Assembly (NCBI GenBank): GCA_030704615.1
Contig: CM060734.1
Span: forward strand, 27,590,001-27,654,000
DNA from: Takakia lepidozioides
Taxonomy: Eukaryota; Plantae; Bryophyta
Reading direction: 5' to 3'
DNA: 64,000 bases
Each line of letters opens with the position of its first letter. The first letter of the stretch is position 1. This document shows positions 39,596-51,429 of this stretch, in pieces. The notes beneath the pieces were generated by a model that saw only the letters and a program-made list of their open reading frames with translations, was not told the DNA's origin and did not search any database. The translations under genes were made by a program, and so were the position numbers.

Positions 39596-42500
39596 TTAGT
39601 AGGCTGTGTCATACTGTGTTTCGCTGTGATAGGCTGTGATGCCCTGTGGTAAGCTGTGATAGGCTGTGATGCGCTGTGGTAAGCTGTGATAGGTTGTGAT
39701 GCACTGTGGTAAGCTGTGATAGGCTGTGACACGCTGTGGTAGGTTGTTATAGGCTGTGTCACGTCGTGATGGGCTGTGGTTGGCTGTGTCACGTCGTGAT
39801 GGGCTGTGATAGGCTGTGTCACGTTTGTTTTGCCCACCCTGGTCGTATATGCTGGGCCTAGCAACAAGTGTTCCATACTCCGTTCGTAACACTGGTGCAG
39901 CCAGTGACTGTTCTTGCGGTTCTATATGCAAATCATGCTGCAGGGGTTTGTCATGGATACCACTGTACCCCTTCAACTTATTTGCATTGACTCTTCCCAG
40001 CATTTCTTTGTTAATGGTTTGTAACATGGGGGTGTTGTTATCATACATCTTTTGTATGACATAAGGTCCTTTCCATGGTGATTTAAGCTTAGAAGCTTGA
40101 ATCTTTCCTTTCTTCTGCAACCATAGAACCAAATCCCCCGTCTTAAAAGTCTTTATCTTGCCTTCATCAAACTGTTCCTTTCGCTTCATCTGAATTCTTG
40201 TCATATTATCAGCTGCATCAGCACGTACTTCTTCCACATGGTATAATTCATGTTTCCTGACCTTGATGGAGTCTTGCAATTCCATTCTTTTTCCCCACTC
40301 CGTTCTCATGGTAGGTAACAGGAATTCCACTGGAAGTAAGGCTTCCATACCATAAACTAATTGGAATGGTGTATACTTAGTTGTGACTTTATATGAAGTC
40401 CTGTATGACCACAAAGCTGTCAGCAGCTTTGTATCCCAATCCGTTCTGTTTGCATTGACTATCTTAGCCAAGATAGTACATAGTATTTTGTTGGTAGCCT
40501 CTGCCTGTTACCCTGTGGGTAATATGTTGTACTCTTTCTATGCACAATCATAAACTCTTTAGTCAACAACTCAATGGTCTCATTCATGAAGTGACTTCCT
40601 TGATCACTGATAAATTCTAAGGGACATCCAAATCGTGTAAGTATGTTCTCGTACAGGAACCTTGCTGTGGACTTGGCTGTGTTGTCCCTCAAAGCTTTAG
40701 CTTCCACCCACTTTGTAGTATAATCAGTGGCTGTAATTATGTACCTGTTTCGTGTATTCTTGGATGGTGGATTAATTGGTCCAACAAAGTCTAGTCCCCA
40801 TTTCTGAAATGGTTCCGTAGGCATTGTAGGATGCAAGGCCATTCTTCCAGATCTCTGCAAAGGTCCTAGCCTCTGACATTCATCACACTTCTGACAATAC
40901 TCATGTACATCTTTGAACAAAGTAGGCCACCAGTATCCTGCGAGTAGTATCTTTCTACTGGTAGTCTCTTCTCCAAAATGACCTCCAGCCACTCCTTTAT
41001 GAACTTCCTCCAAGACTTTATTTACTTCATGGTGGTACAAGCATCGTTTTAGTACTCCATCAGGTCCTAACTTATACATTCTGCTTCCTACCATAGTATA
41101 AGGTAAAGCTCTGATAGCAATTCTCTTCCTCTGCTCCTTACCATAACTAGGTGGGCACTGACCATGAGCAAGGTAGTATCTGATTGGCCACTGCCAATCT
41201 AACCATTCATCTGCACTTCCTTGCACCTCCATTACAAATAAACTCGCATCAGGTAACTGATCGTCCACTCCTGTGGCGGCCTCTCCTGTTGTTAGTCGTG
41301 ACAAATGATCTGCCACAAGATGCAAACGGCCAGGCTTGTAAATAACCTCGAACTCAAACTCATGCAAGATTATTAACCACCTCGCTATCCTTCCACTTAT
41401 CAAAGGTTTGTTCACCAGATATATCAGAGCCTGGTGATCCACATAAAACATAAACTTTCTTCCCAATAGGTAATGCCTGAATTTCTTGACTGCATAAATC
41501 ATTGCCAATGCTTCTCTTTCCGTTGTACTATAGTTCCTCTCAGCACTGTTCATCAATCGGCTAGCATAGTACACAGGTGAATCTATATTTCCTGTAACAT
41601 TCTGGGCTAACACCGCACCCAACGCTTCTCCTGATGCATCGCAGTGAACATGAAATACTACATGCCAGTGAGGGTTAATCAGCACAGGTGTAGTTGTTAC
41701 TGACAGTGTAAGTTCCTCAAACGCCTGTTGACATTCAGCTGTCCAGGCAAACACTGCATCTTTCTTCAGAAGCTTGCTCAATGGTGCTGCTATTTGTGCA
41801 TACCTTTTGACAAATCTTCTGTAATAACTGGTTTGCCCAAGGAATCTCCTTAAACTCTTAACATTCACTGGTGGTGGAGAGACTTTAATGGACTCTGTCT
41901 TCCTGGGATCCACAAGAAGTCCCTTCTTACACACAATGTGTCCCAGAAGCACCCCTGAGTTCACACAGAAAGTACACTTCTCTGGATTCAAGCCCAGACC
42001 TCTCATCCTGCATCTGGCCAGGCATAACTCCAATTTATGCAAGTGCTCATTCTTAGAGCTGTACACACTGAAATCATCCAAGAATACCTGCATGAAATCA
42101 TCCAGATACTCATGAAAAGATTCACTTATCACTCTCTGAAAGGTCGCTGGTGCATTACAAAGTCCAAAGGGCATGACTTTGTATGCATAAGCCCCCCAGT
42201 CTGTGATGAAAGCTGTTTTCCCTTGGTCTTCTTCTGCCACTTGCACTTGATTATAACCACTGAAGCCATCCATGAATGAGTACATCTCATGGCCTGCCAC
42301 AGTGTCTAATACTGCTTCTGTGAATGGCAAAGGGAAAGGATCTTTCTTCGTACAAGCATTCAGCTTCTTATAGTTCACACATACTCTTAGTTTGCCATTC
42401 TTCTTGGGAACTATAACAATGGGTGACAACCAAGTTGTATACTCTATTGGGTATATAAACTTAGCCTCAGCCAACTTCTTTATCTCTTCTCCAACCTTCT

Positions 42501-42740
42501 GTGCGTAGTTGGGATTCATTCTATACCTCGCCTGCTTGATTGGTACTGACCCTGGTTCCAGTTCAATCTTATGCTGACAACTTCAGGTGGTATCCCTTTT
42601 AGATCCTCATAGCTCCAAGCAAATACATCTCTGTATTTGATGAACAAGCTTTTAGCTTCTTCGAAGAATTCCGGCTCCAAATCAGCTCCTACTTTTACCA
42701 TCCTCGGTTCCTCCTGAGTTCCCACATTTACTTCTCTCAC
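39596..42740 (-). CDS. pol: pol of element B: reverse transcriptase, RNase H, integrase (frameshifted near 42517 and 40490)
   Basis: RT: WLSPIVIVPKKNGKLRVC, MPFGLCNAPATFQR, VFLDDF. RH: HCDAS, EREALA, VDHQAL, ADHLSR. IN: H-H-C-C, WGLDF, ISDQG, WKGPY. Confidence 0.95.
39600..39822 (-). repeat. 30-bp tandem repeat (about 7 units) just downstream of pol in element B
   Basis: GTGATAGGCTGTGATGCGCTGTGGTAAGCT-like units. Translates as (SQPITAYHSA)n in one frame. Confidence 0.85.
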
Positions 42741-44720
42741 CGCTCATCAGCTGTGATGGTCCAACCAGTCACCACTTCATCCTTTAAGCTCACGTGGCTG
42801 TTCTTCTAGGATTTCTATCTCTCCCTCCTTTTCTTCATGAAATGTGGTGGGTAACTGCTGGTTCCTCTTCAATTGGTGTTGCCGACACTACACCACAGCA
42901 GATACTCTAAACACAACTTAGGCTTTCCAGCCGCATCTCCGCAACCTGCTCCCATTCTGGGTGTGCAGCAATAGGGTAGCTTCCTGCTCCTCATCCGTCC
43001 TCCTCTCAGTCATACTCTCTGACTCCTCGAGGTCTTATTGTAGCAGGTAATCTACTAGATTTCTTTGTGGTAATTTGTATCTCGTGCATCCCATTATGCA
43101 CAGTTAGTAACTGAGAATTCCAGTCATGGAATAACCCTGGCCTGTTTCAGCCACGGACGTCCCAATAATAAGGAGTAAGCCTTCCTGACTTCATCCATTT
43201 TTAATACAGTTACTGTGATAATAAAAGTCATTTTCTGTATCTGTATCTTAACTCCTATTATTAATCCCAATGGCTGTACATTCTTTTTGATCTGCCATTG
43301 TTACTGTAAATGGGGCTGGTTCATGTTACTTAGACCAAGCTTTCCTAATTGGTCTGTCATTGCTATTTACTCCAGAACCACCATCTATCAGTACATCAGT
43401 TAGTTATGTGCTTCCAATTCTCAATTGGATTACTGGCATAGAATCATCAAAGTCCTGACTGCGTTCTCGCCCTTCCGGCTTCACATTATAACTGGTCACC
43501 TTGCTGTTAAGGTCTGTGTTTCCTGTCTCTTGGGGCAATTCGATTGATTGCCTGATACAGCCTGTGCCTACAATAAGGTGCCCACAGCTATAGCTGTCCA
43601 ATGGTAATTTCTGCTTGGTCTGACATATTACTGCCGACAAAGTCTCTTCATTACTTGCATGTCTGCATCTTTTTTTTTCCTTTCTTCCTCACTCCCTTCT
43701 TTTTCTCTCCGACTCAGAGGAATTGCCACAGGAATATCAGTACTCTTTTGCATTTCCCTGATAGTATCTGCCACTTCCTGTGCAGTTCCTTCTCATCTTT
43801 CCAAGTATCTCTTCATCTTCAGGCATATCATTGCCACTGTCCATTCTCATCTTCTTCCTCTTCTACTGGAGTATTATTTGGGCTTTACTTCTTGTTACTA
43901 TCATTGTACTTACTTCTGGTACAACACATGGCCCTAACCATGTGAGCTGCCACCACTGGGCCCTCATTCACAGGAGCTCTCATCTCATTCGGTGTCTTAT
44001 CCAGAATGAACAGGCTGCCTTGCAATGTCCTGGATGTTTTAACAATAGTAACATAGCTCTTCACCATTGGGTCCTCGCCCTTGGTCTGTTCTTGGATTAT
44101 TTCTATAATCCTGATCCCGGGCTGGTAATTCCCCTTGGATTACCCTGATAGTTGCCTCTGGAATTTCCTTGGTAATCCCTCTTGAATTACCTCTCCCTTC
44201 CATGCCATTGTTATAACCACCAGCCTACCATAGTGGTCTTGATCATTATTTCTTCTTGGCTGGGCTGCACCTGATGCACTTACTTGGAATAGGTTCTCTT
44301 GCAGCTGTCCTTCTGTTGTAGTAACAATCTCAGTAGAATGGTATCCATTTTACAGATAGGACAGTGTTTCTCTTCATGTGGCTTCTGTTGGTGGTATGCC
44401 TTCATTCTGCACTTTGCACACCATACACCCTTCCTCCAATGTGTTCAGCCTCTGTGGCATACTTCTTCAAGATTCTTCCAATTTTTTTTCATAGGCTCCT
44501 TCTTCAATTCTCCTTTCTCTACTCTTTCTTTTAGTTCTTGCTCTTATTCATCTGACTCATCCTCAGAGTCATCACTCTTTTTTCTCTCTCCTGAGCATTC
44601 CCAATTGCTCAATTCTGTTCGAAGTTTCAAATGCCTCCTCCACTGTATTATGGGGTACATATCACTTTCTTTGTAACTCGTCTTAATCCACTCACAAACC
44701 AAGTCTTCTGTAAACCGGGT
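42741..44720 (-). pseudogene. Gag C-terminus and aspartic protease of element B, heavily frameshifted
   Basis: DVLIDGGSGVN protease motif near 43365-43400. Cys/His cluster (WCAKC...H...CPIC) near 44350-44430. QKTWFVSGL directly after the element C insertion. Confidence 0.75.
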
Positions 44721-44722
44721 GG

Positions 44723-45068
44723 TGTCAGTTAAATAAGCACAGTGTGAAAACAGCTAGAATAAAACTAGTTATTTGTATTTAACACTTGGATTTAGGTCAA
44801 GTGTTAAATCAGGTGTCAAGTTTAGTTTGACACCTGGTCCGTCTTATCTTCACGAGAGAGGCAGTCGCGCGGCTCATCTTTCTCGAGTTGAGCCTGCGCG
44901 ACCGAGCTCCTGCATCGTTTAGGATTGAGAGTGCTTATGATGGGAGTGTAGGTTGTTGTGGGGTGGATGGAGTCCCATAGCTGGGGTGCCCTGGCTCGAC
45001 TACTATTTCAAAGAGTGATGGTTTTGGTTTCATGCTTTGCATCGTGTGTGTCCTTAGCTTTCTTATCA
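44723..45068 (+). repeat. Terminal repeat A1 of element C (346 bp)
   Basis: Near-identical to 56169-56515, differing by homopolymer indels and one 4-bp indel. Confidence 0.92.
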
Positions 45069-45085
45069 CTCGAGAGAAGATGAGC
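45069..45085 (+). promoter_or_regulatory. Candidate self-priming primer-binding site of element C
   Basis: CTCGAGAGAAGATGAGC is complementary, with one bulge, to GCTCATCTTTCTCGAG at 44872-44887. No TGG-type tRNA PBS is present. Confidence 0.6.
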
Positions 45086-45936
45086 TTGCATCTGTGAGTG
45101 CCAGAGGTGAGTTAGTTTTAGCACTTGTGGTTTTTGTTTGAAAGAGAGAGAGACGGGGGCTCTATGTTGGTTAAAACTTGAGCTGCAGGTTTCTCTGGTA
45201 GATTCTAGCCTTGCGAGATCATCAACTTGTCGTTGGTTTTCCTATGCCTGCCCCTAGTTTGCATGTGATCGAAGGCCTTCCTATGTCGGAGGCACCGGTG
45301 GTTCTTTACGCATATATCAAGGGTCTCCACTCCGAAAGGCAGATGCGCTTTGTTGGATAAGTGATCCGGCGGCATTAGTTCGTCAGGTTCACAGTGTCAT
45401 CGGCGACGAGCTTGCCTTACGCAGGTGTGTGGTTAAAAACAGTGCTATCAGGCCAGTAATCCAGGGAATCAACACACGAAGCTTCTGGACTGTGGCTCTC
45501 TCCTGAGAAGGGGCTGCTGGGGAAGCCAACGTCATAGCTGAGCGCACATTCCAACTGGGTGCTTGGGTTGAGCCCTCCAGCAACGATGCTGACGAGGATG
45601 TACAGGCTAGAATGGGCAGGGAGCTCCATCGGCTGGTCCTAAGTATAAAGCAAGAAATTGAAGCTGTTTTTCTTCCCTGCTCTCTTGTTCGCAAAAGCCT
45701 GACCTTCATCGTCCCCTATGCGCAGATGTGATCACAGAGGCTTGGATACTAAGTATCTGCAGCAGCAATGGATGCCATTAGATTTCCCGTTGCCATGGCA
45801 CTGGACGACGAGGGCCCTTGCAGCAACTACAGAATCAGACAATGATAATTTGTGGTGACTTGTCAGCTCCACCAAGCTTGCTAAAGCTCTCCTATGTGCT
45901 CTGGCCACCGTTGCTCCTGTGGAGGTCCATCTGCTG

Positions 45937-46215
45937 TGGTTCTAGAGTATCCTCCTGCATGTCCTCCGCCCAAATGCCCAGGGTTTATGATATGGTCGTA
46001 CAATACAGACACTAAGCTGTAAAACCAGAATGCCTCCTGCTTGTGCTGGATGAACCGCAGCTGCGACGCAGGCCTTGAGACGCTTTGGTCTGCACTGACA
46101 GCCCGCAATCAGAAGATCGCTACTGTTTCTCCTTCTGCTCACATGCGCTCCAGTTCTTGGCTTATAATTGCCCGTGAGCAACAAGCCTGTCGAGCTAACT
46201 ATGTAAGCATGATGA
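45937..46215 (-). pseudogene. VTE3: Captured MPBQ/MSBQ methyltransferase fragment, N-terminal part (inverted)
   Basis: RFIQHKQEAFWFYSLVSVLYDHIINPGH[W]AEDMQEDTLEP matches the VTE3/APG1 motif RFIQHKKEAYWFY...YDHVINPGHWTEDMR..ALEP. Confidence 0.88.
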
Positions 46216-46373
46216 TGAGCTCAAACCTGCAGGATATCCGAGAGCGAAGCCTTTGTTGTTGTCCACAACTGTCACCGGCTTCCACTGCCATTGCAACGAT
46301 GGTGCGGCCATCCTTGCAGCCATTGCCATCGCTGAACAAAACCAATTCAAAAACAGCCTACTTACTTCAGATT

Positions 46374-46662
46374 TGCCTCGATGATCCTACCTTGGTGGTG
46401 GTAGATGTTGGTGGCGGCACGGGATTCGCCACATTGGGATTGAAAAACTGTGGATGCCAAGAATGTGAGCATTCTGGATCAATCTCCTCACCAGCTTGCT
46501 AAAGCAAGGAGAGAAGGCACTCTCAAGGAGTGCAGATTAGTGAAGGGGATGCAGAGGACTTGCCGTTCGCGACCGACTACGCGGGATCAATATGTGTCTG
46601 CATGAAGCATTGAGTACTGGTCAGATCCACAGCATGGTATCAGGGAGGCAGTCGAGTTGAAG
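46374..46662 (+). pseudogene. VTE3: Captured MPBQ/MSBQ methyltransferase fragment, SAM-binding part
   Basis: VVDVGGGTGFATLG, NVSILDQSPHQLAKA, GDAEDLPFATDYA, SIEYWSDPQHGIREA, with frameshifts and a stop. Confidence 0.9.
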
Positions 46663-47221
46663 TGCAGGCTGCCGGTAATCTCCCTCCATGCGAGCTGGAA
46701 CTTACGGGAAACGACCTGAGAGTCAGCAATGATCAGTATGTGGGACGGACACTGAACAACAAATGCAGCTGAGGGATGACGAAGCGGCAACGCGGTCCAT
46801 CATGGAGGAGAAGCCGATCGGAGTCCAACAAATCGAGCTGCTCCGTGGTAATGGCGAGGCGACCCCAAAACAACAGAGAACTACATGAACATGTTCGGAA
46901 CCGTAGATAACTGGGAACAGTTTTTAATGGTGAGAACGTTTTGGCGTTAAAAAAAAAAAAAAAACCTTTCTTTGATCTAATTAAATGATTTAGAGCCAAA
47001 TGGTCATATCTTTGTCAAATGGACTCTGTTTGACTCAGTTTTTGGGGGAATAGCTGCAGAAAGGGGAAATCTACCTACCTAGACCTGGTTTCTGTTTTTG
47101 GGACTCTGCTAAAAATCTATGGAATTTTTAGAGTGTGAGTGTGCCATAAAAGATCCACAATCCTGTCTCTAGAACCTGTGCTGGTCTATATGAGAGACAA
47201 ATCTGTGGATGTACTCCTTGC

Positions 47222-47975
47222 ATGGCTGGGGGAAATGAGGACGTAATTGAAGGGCAGGTCTCTTCTCTTAGCCTGTGCACACAAGGGGACAGGATTTATG
47301 TTTCCCAAGGAACTCAGACTGATTTGAGTGGAGAACAGTTGGACGAGTTGATTGCATACTGGGAGTCAGGCATTAGCAGTAGACAACAGACTGCTGTAGT
47401 TGGCATTGAGGGCCTCAATATCGCCTTGGACAGTCAGAACTCTGTTGGAGCCAGCAGTTCTGCAGCTGTAGGTGAAATACCAAAGTGGGTGGAAGCTAGG
47501 CTTGGAACACAGCCAAAGACAGCCCGGGGACCAAGGTGTTCAGCCACAAGGCCGTGGTGTACTGGAGCAGAGGAGCAGGAGCTACACAAGTTTGTGCAAT
47601 CAGACATGGTTGCAGCCGGATACGCTCTGCACAGGGCAACCACGAGCGGGGGTTCATCAGCAATGACATGTTGTTGTGCGTGAAGGAGATGCAGTCATTC
47701 GCAATGAGGACACCCGCAACCGTCTCAAAGCTTTCGAGTTGAGAGACTATCAGACCCTACCTTTGTTTTCTTTAGTGTTCAGTGAGCGGGAGATAGGGGA
47801 GTATTGCTTTTGTCTCTACCTGGCAGAAAGAGGAGGAGGGTTGGTTAGAGCGAGCTACTGTAGCTTGGGACAAGGTTAGTGGCAGGTTTCTGGACATAGA
47901 TATATACCTCCTACACCTTACCATCATGCAGAGCGAGGCACTTTGAGAGAAGTCTGGCAGTTGATAGCATAGATC
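47222..47975 (+). CDS. Possible extra ORF upstream of gag in element C, frameshifted, function unknown
   Basis: ORFs 47222-47683 and 47676-47879 overlap head to tail and read as one protein-like sequence. Confidence 0.4.
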
Positions 47976-48489
47976 AGATTAGATCTTGCTTGGTCGGGCT
48001 TCTATTCTTCCCCTCCATCTCTGTACTATTTTCATTACCTTGTACTTGTAGTTGCCAAAGCCTCTCTTGGTGGAGGCCAGTCAGTCCGGGGTTTTGGGCT
48101 GGGATATTCTGCAGGATCAGCGTGCTGCTGGATTTTGGTGTGGGGGTGTTGATGTTTTGATTTCTTGTGTTTGGATCCCCCCAACACCTGCATGCTTGAC
48201 TGTGCGCCATGTTGGTTTTGTGTGGGCGCTTGCTTTCATAGGGATTAGGCCGGATTTGATCACCGGTCAATCCTAGAGTATGCTGTCGGTGGTGAGGCTG
48301 GAGTGATGACCAGCAAGACCACCAGTGTTTCTTCTATGGTGAGGCTGGGTTGATGACCAGCCAACCATAGGAGTTCTTGCGGTGGATGCAGGTGCAGGTG
48401 CCCTGAGCCACTGGGATATGACCCTTTAGACTGCAACAGGTGCCCACCCGTGTCACTATTAGATTAGTACTAGAGCCTTATAGTGTCAC

Positions 48490-50039
48490 GTGGAGGAGGT
48501 GCACATTGTGAGTGTCATTACGGAGTTACCCAAGGGTTTTGAGGGGAGTACGGCTACAGGCAGTAACAGTGAGAGTGGGTTCACAAGACGAGGTATTCGG
48601 TTCAGACCACCTTCACCGCCACCCTCAATTACTGTAGAGTCAGACACAGACTCGGAGGCTTCATCAACAGGTGTGCACTTTCATTCGCCATTGTTGTGGG
48701 ACGACATGGAGGAGATGTATGGAGCTACCAAGGGGCCTCGTAGGTACTCTGGAGCTGTGGGCACAATCGAGTTGGATGACTTTATCCAGGAGTTCGACAG
48801 CTGGTGTGATTTGCAGCAGATGCGCAATCCACATCTATTCACCCCATTCATGGCGTGGAAGGGACTGTTCCAGCATTTGGAAGGCCCGCCTATGGACGAT
48901 TACCACGAGTTCAGGCGAGGACATGAAGCAGAGATTGAGGAGTGGAGGATGTATTGGTCACCTGACTACATCTCCATTACTCGAGGCATGACGCGACCAG
49001 TAGCTGCATCAGTACCAATAGCTCCCACTGCCAGCACTAGTAGTGGAGCAGGTAGTGCTGGTACTTCTGCAGGTGGTACCAGTTCAGAAGGTGCTACTAC
49101 TCCTCCTGCCACAGCTACAACACATGTGCCTAGATTCAACCCGGTGGTGGAGTTCTTCCAGGAGTTGCGGAGGAACTACCAAGGTGTACGGACAGAGAAG
49201 CTGCGAAGTTTGCAAGACTTCCAGCGCAAACCCAGTGAGAGCCTGCGAGAGGCGTACACTCGTATGAGGCGCTTGATAAGTGTGACCCAAGGGGTTACTG
49301 AAGCTCAGGCAATCCAGTTTGGTATGGAATTCTGGACAAGGAGCTCAAGAGAAGGGTGCGAGATGCAACCCTGTTACAAGCAGCCCAACCCACATTAGCA
49401 GATGTGTTTCTGCTGGCTGAGCGGATTGAGCTCAACATGGTGGAGGAGCGAGTTGTTACAATTGGATTTGGTAAGGACATGCCTGTACGGGGCACAGCTG
49501 TCAGCCCACAAGCACAAGGGACTGCCCAACAGCGTGGTCAGGGGGGCAAGGTTGCCCAGCCCAAGTTCCATGGAGCTTACAGGGGACCTCAGGTGCAGAG
49601 GCCCGTGGCATCTTTTGCGGGCCAACAGCAACCAGGGGTGATATGTTGGACATGTGGAGGACCCCATGTCAAGAGAGATTGCCCAGAGAGTGGCAGAAGG
49701 CCGGCACAAGCACAGCCTGCACAGTTGCAGTGTGGGCATTGTGGCAAGTATGGGCATGTAGATGCCAGTGTTATGACTTGCATCCTGAGTTGCGCCCAGG
49801 CCAGTTCCAAGGGAACAATGGTGGTGCCGGGGGCGAGGTGGACCAGCCCAAGAGGACGAGGTGGTCGGGCACGAGGTGCAGGCCAAGGGCAAGCTCCACA
49901 TGGCCAAGGACGCGGAGGTCAAGGTGTTGACCAAGGCATGGCCAATCGGCTTCAGCAGCTAGAGCAGAGGCTCGCTGCCATGGCTATAGCTCAGGCGGTG
50001 GTACCGGCTCCCAGGGGGATGTCCACCTCCTGCTCCTGA
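48490..50039 (+). CDS. gag: Gag of element C with two zinc knuckles
   Basis: LQDFQRKPSESLREAYTRMRRL gag core; CWTCGGPHVKRDC and CGHCGKYGH...C knuckles; 1-bp frameshift near 49320. Confidence 0.85.
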
Positions 50040-50639
50040 TGGAGGAGATATGGGAGGCATGGGATTCATGTGCGGAGCAGCACTACCACTAGAGCAGGTG
50101 GAGTCTGCTGCAGCCGTGACTCGAGGAGCAACACGAGTTCCTGAGCCACGAGGTGCAGAGGTGGAATTGGATCCACAACGTGGGGAGGCAAGCCGTCAGG
50201 CAAGGCTGCCTCAGTCATTCACCTTGGCGGAGACAGTGTCAACGCCATCCATGGCACCTAGTTCTCGCCCGACTGTTACCGAGGCGGAGGTTACTATGCA
50301 TTGGGGAGAGCTACCGTGCAGCACTGACACCTACTACCAAGGCTAGTGCAGCCGGGTGTGTATGGGAGCAGCCACCTCTGTGTGTCAAGCCCCACTGTTC
50401 TCGGCGACCATGATTGCGACGCCGGGAGTGAGACCAGCTGCAGTGTTCAGACTAGCAGCAACACTCTGCGAGAGTGGAGAGGTCACTTCATCTTCTGCGG
50501 AGTTAGTGGAAGGTGTAGTGGCAGAGGGATCCTCGGATTTGAGGGTCAAGACTGCCACGGCAGCGCCTGGCAAGCTGCAGCTGCCAGATTGACGGAGCTG
50601 CCAGCTAGGCCAGCCTTTGAGCGCGCCATGGTGACACCT

Positions 50640-51060
50640 GGAGTTGTCTTGTTAGACAACCAGGGAGGCATTTTCACTTTGAGTGGACCGGCAGGCAAGA
50701 AGTACCGGCCACTGCGGGTCTTGTTGGACTCAGGAGCTCAGCCACTGATGTTGGGCAGAGCTGCTATTGCAGGTTTGGGCCTCATGGAGGCGGATATGGA
50801 GCCTTGTCCTTTCCAGATACAGACATCTCTGGGAGGATCAGAGCAGGCTCGCGGCATGACACGGCATCAGTTGGCTATTAGACTGCAGCCGGATCATCCT
50901 GTAGATGGCTCAGTGATGCGAGCCAAGGCCATTGTGACAGACGCGGTCTCTTACGATGTCCTTGTTGGTGGGGCAGTGTTATACCCCATGGGCTTCACCC
51001 TGGATTTCTGGGAGGAGTCAGCATCCTACAGGCCTGGATGGCAGTCAGGGGATGGTCGCC
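50640..51060 (+). CDS. Aspartic protease domain of element C
   Basis: RVLLDSGAQ active-site motif and a downstream YDVLVGG motif. Confidence 0.85.
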
Positions 51061-51429
51061 GTGCACAGCTCCCTGTGACATTCATTGGGGGTATTGCAGC
51101 TGCCCAGCGGGGCAAGATGCCAACACTAGCCGCCTTCACAGCTGCAGTCAGTGGCCTGGAGAGTTGTGCTGGAAGGCAATGCCCATGCAGAGGATGTGCC
51201 ACCTCCAGCAGAGCAGGATGACATGCATGGTACGGCGGAGTTGCCTGCCATGGTTGCTCACACTCCGTTGTGGGGTACGAGCAAGGATTTGCAGCACGCT
51301 GCTGATGGACGGGTGCAACAAGCTTGGGTAGAAGCTTTTGTACCGTCAGGAGAGGAGGAGAGTGCGGTGATTGTACCAGGGCCACCTCAGTTGTCGCCAT
51401 TGGACACCACACCTCTTGTGTGGCAGCGA

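Noticed and set aside
39328-39876. N-terminal extension of the 644-aa ORF as real protein
   Set aside because: It runs through a stop-free 30-bp repeat overlapping the pol end, so it is probably fortuitous.
45937-46662. Functional VTE3 gene
   Set aside because: Split across strands, frameshifted, contains a stop and is 3'-truncated.
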